A DNA stretch of 64,000 nucleotides from Amoebidium appalachense (taxonomy: Eukaryota > Protista > Ichthyosporea): NCBI GenBank assembly GCA_963693365.1, contig CAVNZM010000002.1:8033059-8097058 (forward strand), in the 5' to 3' direction. This document shows, piece after piece, positions 9,686 through 22,850 of the stretch. The stretch's first letter is position 1, and each line of letters starts with the position of its first letter. The position numbers and the translations under genes were made by a program. The notes beneath the pieces are model-generated. The model worked only from the letters and a program-made list of their open reading frames with translations, was not told where the DNA came from and did no database searches.

Positions 9686-9962
9686 TTTTTTATTTTTATT
9701 TTATCACGTTTTGTTCCCGGAGGGCCTTTTCAGGCCCTCTAAAAAGGCCCTCTAGGGAAACTACCGTCTACCACACAGCACCGACAGTACACTAGTTAAG
9801 GTGCTATCTATGAGTTCAGCTAGCTAAACCATCCTTCACAACCTAACTATAAGTACACACTTTGCCCAGGGCTACTACCCCAGCCACGCCGGCAGGAGGC
9901 TCCAGACTGAGTCCTCCCCTCCATTCAAAACCTAGCATTAAACGTTAAACCGCGGGCTCTCA
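9686..9962 (-). mobile_element. Probable 3' end of a non-LTR retrotransposon (ORF tail, 3' UTR, A-rich tail)
   Basis: Minus strand: short coding-like end (LMLGFEWRGGLSLEPPAGVAGVVALGKVCTYS*), GAGGGCC-TGAAAA-GGCCCTC hairpin, then GATAAAATAAAAATAAAAAA. No diagnostic domain. Confidence 0.35.
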
Positions 9963-10437
9963 TTGGTCGATGTACCGTTACCGTATTGGGAAGTCCTAAG
10001 TGTTGTGTATAGTATTTACGGTGGGTATGGGTGGATGATGGAATGTGGTGGTGGTTGTGGTGGGGGGTTGCTGCCTAACATTATGTGTTGTTGTACATAT
10101 GTTGTGGCGATGTTTTTGTGAACTAAAAGGTGGGTTTTACAGGGCACACTGAGTCTGTGTGTGTTCCGGCAGTCAGAACAGGCTGGCCGGGTGTGTGTGG
10201 GCCTCGGGGGACACTAATAATCCTAATAGCACAAATCAGCACCCCACGCACACAAAGTGGAAACACTAACGTAGGGATGAATTTGAAAGTGACTGAACCA
10301 CTACGGTAATGCAGGGGAATGACTTCACCATATGTTGGGTACAAATGAGATGAAGATTTTTAACGACCAAGTTCCATTAAGAAGTTATCCAGGGAAAGGG
10401 GGGGACTCGGGGGGAGGGGGGAGGAAGGAGGGAGGAG

Positions 10438-10530
<93 letters not shown>

Positions 10531-12253
10531 GCGGGGGGGGGGGGGGGGGGGGGGGCTGAAATTTTGCCAATATTGCTAATAAAATAGGGTGTAGTTCAAG
10601 TTGACTATTCAAGTTGGAGTTCAAGCTCAAGCCTTAGTTGAAGTAATGCAATGTGTTCCACCCCCGGTGGAGGGCTTTGTTCTAACCTGTCTCTTAGACT
10701 AAATGTTTGCGCTAAGCAAGAAGCAGGCACAGGCGCCTTACCAAAATTCCCCTCCCTTCCCCTCCTTCCCCCCCCTCCCCCTCTCCCCTCCCTTCTATCA
10801 TATGATATAGCGCGGTATATGATCGCTCCCGTTTCTCGTCAATCCCCCCCCCCCCCCTCTCCTCTGGGCCCTTCCCTCCGCCCCCCCCCCCCCCCCCCTC
10901 ACCCCCCTCACCCCCACCCACACCCCATCCCTCCTTCACCCTCCCCCCCCCCCCCCCCCCCCCGCGCTCCCCCCCCGCCTTTTTTTTTCTCTTCGACAGA
11001 ATCATTTTGAATTGAGCTTTTTATTAGGACCATATTCAGCACCGCTGCCTTTTTATGGGTACCGGCAGGAGAACCATATACCTACTTTCTAGACTAAGCC
11101 CGTTAAACAAACATGGCAGAACGATCGGATTAGATTACAAACTTACAAGAGACTAGGGGGGTTTTGTGCAAATTTTCCAACCATTTCAAAGACTAGGGGG
11201 GTCGGTTACGAAATTCATCTATCTGGTAAAGGGGGGGGGGGGGGGGTCCAACGTAGTGTGGTGGTGGCTGTGGCTCCGACAGAATCACACTATACACAGA
11301 TTATGGCTGGTAGGCTGTGACACAGTCTTTAATGCTCTTTTCCCACGGTTTATGCTTGCACACTAACGTGAATTCTGGGATTATCTTTCAAGGAAAGAGA
11401 TCGATATCCAGACGTATAGGAAGGATCATGATCAACAAAGAAACACAAACACTGCAAGTAAATACGAGTTTTAACAAACAGTAACGCATGCAAAAGATAT
11501 ACAAAGGCGAAAATGCACCTGCGGCATCTCAAACACATAAATACACGTGCAAGGACAAAATTTCTTGAAACAGAACTTTGTGCTCTTATACATCATCACC
11601 ATGCACATCGTATGCACACACTACACCCATTAAATAATCACAGCACACAGGCACTTGCACACATAAACATAAAATTTCACAAATTATACATCCTTCGCAT
11701 ATACAAGTTGCAATTATATACGGACAGCTTCCTGTATCTCACAACATCTCAGCATTATATACATAACTCATTACAAAAAGGCGCTTGTGGACAGGCACAC
11801 CCAGCTTCAGCGTATCCATCCATCCGGCACTCCATTTTCACGAGTCCAGCTTAAATTCGTTTGTACAACAATTTTGAAATAATCCAACTCCAAACCATTC
11901 TGCTAATCTGGTTTCTTCGTTATTTCTTATTTTTCGTTATCGTTCCTCCAAATTCACCAAGTATCGTTGCTGCACAGCGCCATTGTCTCTTTCCTGAGCT
12001 TTGGCATTTTCCTACTCGCAAGACCAAAAGTCGTAAATTATCGGATTATGAATCAGTTACATACATGTGTTCTTGTTTCCTACGAATTCCCGATGATGTG
12101 TGGTGAAAAATTATTGTGTTCAAGAACTTTTTACAGAATTCAAAGAAACAGCTTCTTCTATACAAACAGGTGCGTACTCACGTGATGCACTGTTATTATA
12201 ATTTTAACTCACTTCAAGCACATTTCTGGAAATAAAACAGACGAGCATGCCTC

Positions 12254-12802
12254 TCAGGCAACAGGAGTAGGAGGGGCTAACTCAGAGCCAGGCTCCTCGT
12301 CAGTGTCAGAAGGGGAGGAAGGGTCTTCTTGCATGGGGGAAGCAGGGCTGTCGTTTTCGTTGGCATCAGCTCCCTCCAGCTCTGAGTCAGGGTCAGAGAA
12401 CTCGATGTCCCCCATGCACTTCTTGCTGTGCTGGAGCTCTCCGTCGCGAGATAGAAACGTGCGGTAGCCGCAGTAGCGGCAGGGAATTCTCTCCTTCTTG
12501 TGGATTGAGCGAATGTGGTCTTGGAGCGAGCATTTAGCGCAGAAAAAGGCACCGCAGGTTGTGCAACGAAAGCGGACTTTTTCGTGAAAGGTGCGAACAT
12601 GCTTGTCCAGGCTGCCCTTGCGCCCGTAGGCTTTGTTGCAGCCTTGAATGGTGCAGGGGGAGTGGGAGCACAGTAGTTTGCGGTGGGCGTCCTTCTCCGC
12701 CTTGGTGATGAAAGAAGCGTCGCAGCCGTTTACGTCCCCCTCCCCCCCCCCCCCCCTCTCCCCCCTCAGGAGGGCCTCTGCCCATTCGTCCCTCCTTTTC
12801 AA
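12254..12802 (-). CDS. C2H2 zinc-finger protein (2 canonical fingers, 1 C2HC-like finger, acidic tail); 5' end uncertain
   Basis: CTIQGCNKAYGRKGSLDKHVRTFH, CTTCGAFFCAKCSLQDHIRSIH and CRYCGYRTFLSRDGELQHSKKC. The N-terminus crosses a poly(G) tract, so the start is unreliable. Confidence 0.8.
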   Translation of the reverse strand: MKRRDEWAEALLRGERGGGGEGDVNGCDASFITKAEKDAHRKLLCSHSPCTIQGCNKAYGRKGSLDKHVRTFHEKVRFRCTTCGAFFCAKCSLQDHIRSIHKKERIPCRYCGYRTFLSRDGELQHSKKCMGDIEFSDPDSELEGADANENDSPASPMQEDPSSPSDTDEEPGSELAPPTPVA

Positions 12803-13001
12803 GTCCTCCGTTACCTCTTACCTCCCCTAATTCTCATTTCTCTCTATACCTATATCTTCCATCCTACCTTTTTGGAAGCTCCCTGCTTCTCTTCCACCTT
12901 TTTAAAAGCATATGCATTTATCCCCCCCCCCCCCCCCCCCCCCCCTGTTCATAGCCCCTCCTTCATCAGTACTCCCTTACATCTGCCCGGCCCCCTTCAG
13001 A

Positions 13002-13051
<50 letters not shown>

Positions 13052-13178
13052 ACACACCCCTCCCCTTTCACACACATGCACACACGAACGCACCCATACA
13101 TGCACGCATGCACCCTCCCTCGCAGCCACGAGCGCGCGCACACACTCTTATTCACTTATAGAATTGTTAATAATCTAA

Positions 13179-13215
<37 letters not shown>

Positions 13216-13341
13216 CCCCACCCACCCACACACGCACACACACACACACACGCCAAGGTTTCCCTTGTTCTGCTCCTCGGCCTTTCCGCCTTCCCCATAA
13301 TCTGTCTTTCTCTCTCTTTCCCTCCCGTCCTCCCCCCCCCC

Positions 13342-13376
<35 letters not shown>

Positions 13377-13424
13377 ATCCCCCACCCCACCCCACCACCA
13401 CCGCCCCTACCACCCTCCCACTTC

Positions 13425-14160
13425 TTGGCTTTGCTTATTCTTCCTTGTGATGTGCAACACAGGGACATATCCGGGCCACCTGAGGTCCAGCAACAACGCC
13501 TTCTTCAAATTCTGGGTGCCTGGAGAATGGAGCTTATGGAAACACCGGCTGACGGCAACTGTTTGTTTCATTCGGTGTGGCATTATATCAATCAGTATCT
13601 ACAAAGCGGCCATGTAGACCCGTGAACATCTCAACACATTGGGGTTTACAGCTAATATGGAGCCTATAGAGGCGATTGGACGGCTACGCGAACTAATGGT
13701 AAACGAATGGCGGCGAAATCTAGCAGAATACCAAGGATTCCTTTCAAGGGTGACCCTCGCATGCGTAGCTGATGATTTCCGCTGTCCTCGGCGCGCCCAT
13801 TTGGCTTCTGCAACCGGTGACGCGATGGTGCTGGGCTTAGCCAACGCACTCCGCATACCAATAACCATTTTTAGCACGATTGCCAATCACGGTGTAGTTG
13901 CGGTCACTCCGGATCCACCCACCGTCATCGAACCCAACATTCCCATACCCGTATCACTCAACGGCGCAGCAGATCATTACTCAGTGGTAATACCTCGCCT
14001 GTCGCATGCAAACAAAATCTCGGACAACAAACAAGCACAGACATCACCCTCAGTTGACACGGGAAACTCGACGGAGTTGGCGTCTAACGCTAACACAACT
14101 GACACGTTCGGTGGGTTGCCCGCCAAGGGCCGCAGCTGTAATAGAAACAGTAAGGATAGA
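13425..14160 (+). pseudogene. OTU-like cysteine protease domain split by a +1 frameshift near 13620
   Basis: Frame A gives TPADGNCLFHSV (Asp/Cys box) and ends GAC CCG TGA at 13625. The +1 frame continues REHLNTLG...LRELMVNEW...GDAMVLGLANALRIPITIF...DHYSVV (His box). Confidence 0.75.
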
Positions 14161-15729
14161 ACACGTTTTTTTTTTTGTGGTTTTAAGAACGGCGGGGGAA
14201 GGGGGGAGCTTGGGAGGGGGGGGGGGGGGAGGGGGGGGAGGGGGGGGGCTTGGGAAACGAGGGTGTAACCGAGTTTCGGTTGACATGTGAGCTCGAGAGG
14301 AAAGTGGAAGCAAGCCAGTGGAATGGCGTACCGAATTATATAAGCCCTGCGTCATTGCGCAACCAATCGTATTACTTCTGCTGTAAGCGCGGCAAATTCG
14401 TGTAAGCTGATCGGTAGCTGGGGGAAGAAACTACTAATTTATACTAAACATAATGTGCGTTTTCCAACATTCAAGATATATCTAACCATTTTTAAAGTTT
14501 AATAACAATATAATATGATTTTTTTACTGTATTGGCTATTTATTCTACAAAAAATTAATCGAGATGTATACCAGTTGCATTATTTGCTTCGCTTTGCCGT
14601 CGTTCTATGAGACACCAATCCGATCAGTGGTAGACGACTGTTGTAAATTCAAATAGATCTTGAATAGATCCGTAGGATGGCGTCAGGTGCCTGACTGTGC
14701 ACGTGTGCGCGTATGCACGCGTGTGGTGTGTGTGTGTGTGTATGTATGTATGCTTATATATATTAGGTTACCATAATTTAGAACATGGATTAGTTATATA
14801 TCTGCTGTGCAAGTCACCATATGCATATGCATATGCCAGGCAGCGCACAAATGACTCAGTGCCAAAACCGATATCGGTCGTGTCGGACGTATACGTCGCT
14901 ATGTGACAATAAGGTGTGAATGTAAACGACTGATTCACATGCTTTCAACCCTAACCTGTTAGCTAATGTATTAGAACCGGAGGTTATTGGCGGTTTTATT
15001 CTCTTTTCTTCCTCTCTTCCTCAATATATCCGTTTTAAGATGACTATCCTAGATCACCTTATTAATGCTGCACAGTATGATATTGTGATCCGGTGCCTTA
15101 ACTTTCTTTCGGAGCTACCGATGCTAGCCTCTGCTTACCCATAATATGTAATAGGGGTGTCATATACTACGATGGCGCTCATTGTTGCCTAGCATGTACA
15201 TATGTCACTGGCTGCATTTGATTGGCTGCGCTGGAAAACGCAGTAGGCCGTCGAATGTGGCTGGGCCTCCGGCAGTGTCCACGCAATAAAAAGTGTGTAA
15301 ACCCCCTTTTAACCCTATTTTTTTCCTGAAAAAACAAGTCAATCTGTTCAGCTTTGGCATAAAATAGCACTCGCCACCAATTTTTATGATGATCATGATA
15401 TCGATGCCTACCATGCATAGTAGCCTCTCTCTTATTGAAACGCGGCACACGCGTACGGTGCAGATGGCACCCAATGACCACACCACCAAGTGTGGGCACC
15501 CCCGGAAGCCCACTATCGCCATGCATACATTGGCTAATAGTTTTATTTCACCTAAGTTTGGAACCTGGTGCGACACAATACCTTCTTTTGCCGCGCCTCC
15601 GGGTCGGAAACTTGGCTATACAATACCAGTGACTTGAAATTTGCCCAAGCTTTGGCTTATTATTGTTAGTCATTGAAGTGTACATCGAACATCAAAAAAT
15701 GGCTTGCCTATCGATGACTTAATGTCTCT

Positions 15730-15945
<216 letters not shown>

Positions 15946-16014
15946 GTGTGTGTGTGTTTGTGTGTGTGTTTGTGTGTGTTTGTGTGTGTGTGTGTGTGTG
16001 TGACAGTGTATATT

Positions 16015-16053
<39 letters not shown>

Positions 16054-16554
16054 CACAGTGTGTGCTTGTGTGTGTGTGACACCGTGTGTTTCAGCGTTGT
16101 GCGTCTATCTATGCGTCACAGGGTGTGTGCGTTTGTTTGACATATTGCAGGTCGTATGACGTGTGTATGTGTGCACATGTTTGTATGCTACGTGCACGTG
16201 TGTGTGTGCGTGCGTTCCGCGCTTGTGTGTGTGTGTGTATGCTTGTGTGCTTGATTCAGAATTCATTTCTGTGTGTGTACATGTGTGTGTGTGTGCGTGC
16301 TTGTATGTGTGTTTCAAGGCCTTATTATTGTGGATGCCACTTGTGAAATGCTTTATATGTGTGATCGTGTGTGTGTCACACTGAAGGACAAAGGATACGT
16401 ACTTGCAATTGGGTGTGCTTGCTATGTTAACCCATGGCTCATTTGGTGAGAGGGGAGGCGGGGAGGAGATGCGTGGGGGGAGTGGACGGGGCATGCGAAG
16501 TATGTAGAGGGGCGAAGGGATGGGGTTGGGGGAGATCTAGAGCGGGGAGGAGCT

Positions 16555-16598
<44 letters not shown>

Positions 16599-16686
16599 TA
16601 ACGGAAGCTAAGGTCGGTGGAGTTTGTCTACACACGCAAACAAACAAACAAACACACACACACACACACACACACAGACACACACA

Positions 16687-16738
<52 letters not shown>

Positions 16739-17704
16739 CCAACCCTCCCTCCGAGGCGCACACCCACACACATGCCCACATATGCACAAACCCGATACAA
16801 CTCGCGCGCGCACACACACACACACACACATATGTACATGCAGAGTACTCGAGTCACACACGCACACACACACACACACACACACATGCACACACAAATC
16901 TACCATGTGCAAAGGAAGCCATGCTTTTGCTCCGCCACTCCCCCACCGCGGAGTCCCGGGTTGAACAAATTTCTCGGGGAGGGCTACTGTGATACCTGCA
17001 GGGAGATTTTACATCATACCCGTGCGCTCCTGTGTTCCATACGATAATTCCTGTATGTTGCTGACCCCCCCTCCTCACCCTAGTCCTCCACCCCCCCCCT
17101 CCACCCCCCCCCCCCCCCCCCTCCCCTCCCCCTACCCGGGAATAGTGTGTAAACCTCCCCTACCCGGGAACCCGTTCGTTCCCCCTTCCTCCAGCAACTT
17201 TTGTATCCCAACAACCCACGCGGCCCACCCAGCTGCCAACAGCTGCGGATCATTTAACCCCCCCATTCACCTTTCTCGCTTCAACAAAATAAATAGGTTA
17301 GAACGACAAGCACCACGCACCAATTACAACTGGACGCATTATTGCAAATATCACACGTGTAGACGTCGTGTTTGGGCCCTCAAAGTGGTGAGGATACGGG
17401 TGGGGAGGGTGAGAAGGGGTAAGCGTGGAGGAGGGGAGCCAAACTTTCAAGTAACGCGGAAGATAGGCAACACCATTCACGGAGTGTGGTCTCAAAACCT
17501 ACGCGGCGTTACACTAATTAAGTCACTTGTTTCCTGCATGCCATCTGCGAAGTTGGCACAGTCTAGAGATCCTGAAAGCGGGATTTGTGTCTAAATTGCG
17601 TGCAGGTCCACCAGCACATATTTATATGCGCCCTACCTTATATTCCTCAAATGGCGTGTGAGGAGCCCTAGCTTATAGAGGGATGAACAAGTGTCCACCC
17701 CGAG

Positions 17705-17748
<44 letters not shown>

Positions 17749-18430
17749 CTGGGCTGGGCTGGGGAGGGCAGGCACACACCTTCCGCCTGCAATCATCACG
17801 GGGGGTCCACAACCGACGTAATGGTTGCCTTTGATGACCTTTTGATTTTTAACGTTTTTATTTGTCACATTGTGCTTCAACAAAAAAAAAAAAAAACTCA
17901 AAGGACGTGACCAGCATGGCCCTCTTATGGTAAAATTATCGGCCACAAAGCCCAAAACACCTGCAGTCGAACCCCCCTCTTCCTTCCCCCCCCCCCCCCT
18001 CCCCCTCCCCCCCCCCCCCCCCCCCCCCCCACTTTCCCCGCAGGTGGTGGTGTGCAAAGCAATATACTATTATTGTAAGCTAACTTAACGGACCGTTAAT
18101 CACAATTATGTACATGATTCTTTAAAATTAATTCGGCATATGAAGTTTGATAAAATTCTCACGTACCCCCCCCCCCGTTTCACCCGCCACCACTACACAT
18201 GCATTCCACTGTCTGGTTGACAGTTTTTTTCCGTATACACTGTGTATGCAAGCGCGCGTGTATGTGTGTGTGTGTGTGTTATGTACACATAGTTACGCAA
18301 GGTTATGTGCCCTTATTTTATGATTGCCTCTCTCTCTGTATGTGCGTATAGGAGGCAGTACCAAGGGAAGGGATGGAGCGGAGGGATACCCCTGGCGGAC
18401 AGAGGGAAAGAGAGCGATGGCGGGAGGGAG

Positions 18431-18619
<189 letters not shown>

Positions 18620-18771
18620 AGTCTCCTTAATAGAGAGAATCTACGTGTCCACATGTGCTATGTACATAATCACACCAGTCCCCCCATACCTGCTCATACA
18701 AGCCAGCCTCCTTTCTTAGCTATACACTCACCCATTTACAACCACATCTACCCCCCTTTCCACCAATTATT

Positions 18772-19528
18772 TCAATCCATTTCCATGAGCTCTATTGATG
18801 GTTGCGTCACCACACCCCACTGTTGTTTTGAAATTCGGAGGGGGGCCCATGGGACCACACGTACTGCAGTGCTCAGGGCATAGTCAGAAGGCGCAGACCC
18901 GGGGAGTGGGGTGGCTGCTAGTCGGCCTAGACGGATTGCTGACGTAATGAGGGGGTATTAATGGATTGCCGGGGTTGTAAGGGGGTTAGAGAAGGGGAAG
19001 GGAGGGGGGAGGGGAAGAAGGACGGGGAGGGGGTGGGGATGGGGAGGGGGGGGGGGGGAGGGGGGGGGGGGGGGGAGGAGGGGGAGGAAGGGGAGGAGAG
19101 GGGGGAGGAGGGGGAGAAGCAGGGCTGAGGCAGGTCTACCCGAACCGATTTTTAGACCCGTTGGGGCTTGGACCCGACCCGACCCGACCCGACCCGTTGG
19201 CCTTCCCCCAGACCCGGTGTACCGGGTCCGGCCAAAGAGGGTGGTGGGGAGGGGGTAGGGAGGGGGGGAGGTCGGTCGGCCGGGCCGCCGTGGCGGGCCC
19301 CTGGGCTGAGGCACATAGTATATAGACCCGACCCGATAGACCCGTCGGGAGTCAGACCCGACCCGACCCGACCCGTTTCTCTTTTTACGGACCCGCCCCA
19401 CCCCTGGGGAGAAGGCGGGGGGAGGAGGGAGCGAGGGAGGAAGGAAGAGACGGAAAGAGGGAGGGTGGGAGGGTGGGAGGGTGGGAGGGTGGGAGGCAGG
19501 GGGGGGGGGGGGGGGGGAAGAGAGAGAG

Positions 19529-19574
<46 letters not shown>

Positions 19575-20191
19575 TGTGTGTGTGAGAGAGAGGTGGAGAG
19601 AGAAAGGGATATATATATATAATATATATATATATATGAAAAAAAAGGTAGTGGTAATCTAGCCACGTTTTGGTGCTCTACGATGATGCATTGTGGTTTG
19701 ATAAGGCATTTGTCTAGTCGGAGTGATGGGGCTACTGTATCTGTTTTATACTTAACGAGCCTGCATTGGACCCCATCGGGGTCTTCCCCCCCCCCTCCCC
19801 CCCCCCTGCGCCGCTCTTCTGCCTCCTCATTTCTATCGAACACATCACCTCCAAGATAGTTCTTTTATCTCCACACATCCCCAGCATGCAAGATGTAGCA
19901 CCATCCCTCCATTCTATCGGGTACCTTCTCCCATCCACCTTCCCCCCCATACCCAACTCACCTCTCCCTCCACCTTACCCCTTATGCCCCCCCACCTCCC
20001 CCCTCCCCTACCTCATCCCTGAAAAGCCAGACCCCCGCCCCTGCCCCTCCACAAATCCCTCAAACCCTACATTCCCTCCCTCACTCTGAATCCCGTATAT
20101 ACACCCCACACTATCCCCCGTATCCCCCATACACCCCACTTCCCTTGATCCTCCATGCCTCACCCACTCCGGGGTGTATCCTTCAACCCCC

Positions 20192-20233
<42 letters not shown>

Positions 20234-20944
20234 CCGTCCACTCTGATCCCATCATACACCTCACACCGCACACCCTCCCCCTTATGCCCCACAACCCACA
20301 TCCAGTCTCCCTCCCCTCACTCCCGCGTTACCAACAGCCCATATCCCATCTCAACTATCTTAACCAACTCCCCCCCCCCCCCACCTCCCCTCTCCCCCCC
20401 CTCCCAATCAAAAAACAGAATAAACAAAAAACGTTCCCCCCTTCCCCCACTTACCATGCTGTCGCCTGCCCTCCTCTGTGGACAAGTCTGACATGTTGGA
20501 ACTTCTCCTCTGCAGTTAGAGAATAAGTCAGCACAGAGGAATAACCGATAGTGAGGAATTGGAAGAGTGTGTAGGTGTTTGTGTGTGATCGCGTGTGTGT
20601 ATGTGTGTGTGTGTTGGGGGGGGGGGGGGGGGGGGAGGGGGGGGGAGGAAGGAGGGAGGGAAAGGGGTGGGGAGGGGGGGGGGGGGGGTTGTAGGACGGG
20701 TTGGTATGTGTGAGTGATTGTAGTCATTGTGGTTCTGTGTGTCTTGAATGTGTGAGTGTGAGTGCAAGTGTGCATGTGTGCATGTGTGCGATTGTGGGGA
20801 TGGTGGTGATGGTGAAGGTGATGATGTGTTCGTAAAATTTAAGTAAGTGCATGGGTGTTGGGGGGTGAGGTGTTGGGGGGGGGGGGGGGGGGGGGGGGAG
20901 GGACAGTAGCAAAGAGTTAGATGATGCGAGAGGCCCATACAAGG

Positions 20945-21031
<87 letters not shown>

Positions 21032-21158
21032 CGCACATCCACTGTATAACAACCACTCAGCCCACCAACACATCGACACACACATACCACAACCACTACA
21101 TCTACCCAGCCAACCACCCACCCACACGTACATCCGCACATACATGCCTGCACGTACG

Positions 21159-21197
<39 letters not shown>

Positions 21198-22677
21198 ACA
21201 AACCCACACATACACCCACACCCAAACATGCCGACCCCCACCCCCAGACTCATATTCCCATGAACACACACACACACACATGACACAGAGAGACACCTCA
21301 ACCTCACGCACACAGAGACACACATACACCTTTACTCATCTTGCTTCCTCGTTAGGGTACACATTTCCCCCCCCTCCCCCCTCCCCCCCCTCCGCCCCCC
21401 CCCCGGGCTTCCCCCCTCCCCACCCCCCTGCCTCTGTTTCACTCTTAGCAGAGTTGCATCCACGTTCAACACAAGCATCCAACCACACACACACACAAAC
21501 ACGCACACACACACTCACATCCACCCACCCACCCACACAACCACGCACACACGCACCCACCCACACCTTTGCACACACACGCGCTGTCAGGACTGAGAAA
21601 AACAAAAGGACAGACACATACACACCCACACAGGCAAGCTCACATACACCCCCATGTGTAACTTCCCCACATCCCACTCCTTTGAATCCACCCTCCCTCC
21701 CTCTTCCCCTCTTCCCCCCCCCCCATCCCACTGTAAAAGGCGTACACACCACACACACACACACACACACACCCACACACACACATCCACACACATTACA
21801 CCCACACACAAACACCGAACACACAGCCACCTACCCGGGGTATAACCGAGTCATCCCTCGCCACACACACCCCCGCCAGGCCAGGCGGATCGAACGTCCC
21901 TCTCATTGTGATCAGACACACCTCCGCATCCTCACACGTGTATCCCCCAACACCCCCCTCCCCAACCTCCCCATCTCCGCCATAATTCACCGATGAATCC
22001 CCCCTCACCGTCCGATCCAACTTGGTCGAGTCCGGAGCTGATTTTTTCCTTATTTGGTCTTCGTGTAGCCGTGTGCGTGCCCTAACGCTTCCCTCTTCAA
22101 TCGATGGTAACGTGCCGACGCTCGACCCCGTAATCGCGGCATCCGATCGCGCTGATGCACGCCGGTTCCAGTTTGCGTCGTTATTTACGTCTTGTCCGCC
22201 TGTACCGACCTTAAGCGAAGGTGTGCGTCTTGGCGATTGTAAGTGCGTGTCACCCCCCACCCCTGCACCTGACCCACTCTCTCTCCTACTTCCTCCCTGC
22301 GATTCGTTTCCGCTCTGTCTGCGTGATGTTGGTTTTGACGCGCTACTGAGCTCTGCTTCGTGCTGTGCCAATGCTGCAAGTGTGTTGAAAATCTCTATGT
22401 TCTCTTGTACGTCGCTTGTTCTTGTTCGTTCGTTCTCGCGTTGGTTTCCCGTTAGTGTTGTTTGGGTTTGAGAGTTTGGTTCGAGGAATGTGCGTGCCTT
22501 TTCAGCTAGCGTTGCTGACATGTGTCTCGTTATCTTACGGTTTTTGCTTGCCGATGGAAGGGCGGGAAGAGAGCCAAAACTGTCCTGAGACGTGTTGGTA
22601 GCACTCTGCACAAAAAAAAGAGAGAGGGGGGAGGGGGGAGGGGGAGAGGGAGGGAGGAAGGGAGGGAGAGGGAGAGG

Positions 22678-22708
<31 letters not shown>

Positions 22709-22805
22709 AGGGGAGGGAGTGAGTGAGTGAGTGAGGAAGGAAAGGAGGGAGGGAAGGAGGAAGGGAGGGAGGGAGGGAGGGGGGCGGGGAGAGATGGGGG
22801 AGGGG

Positions 22806-22850
<45 letters not shown>

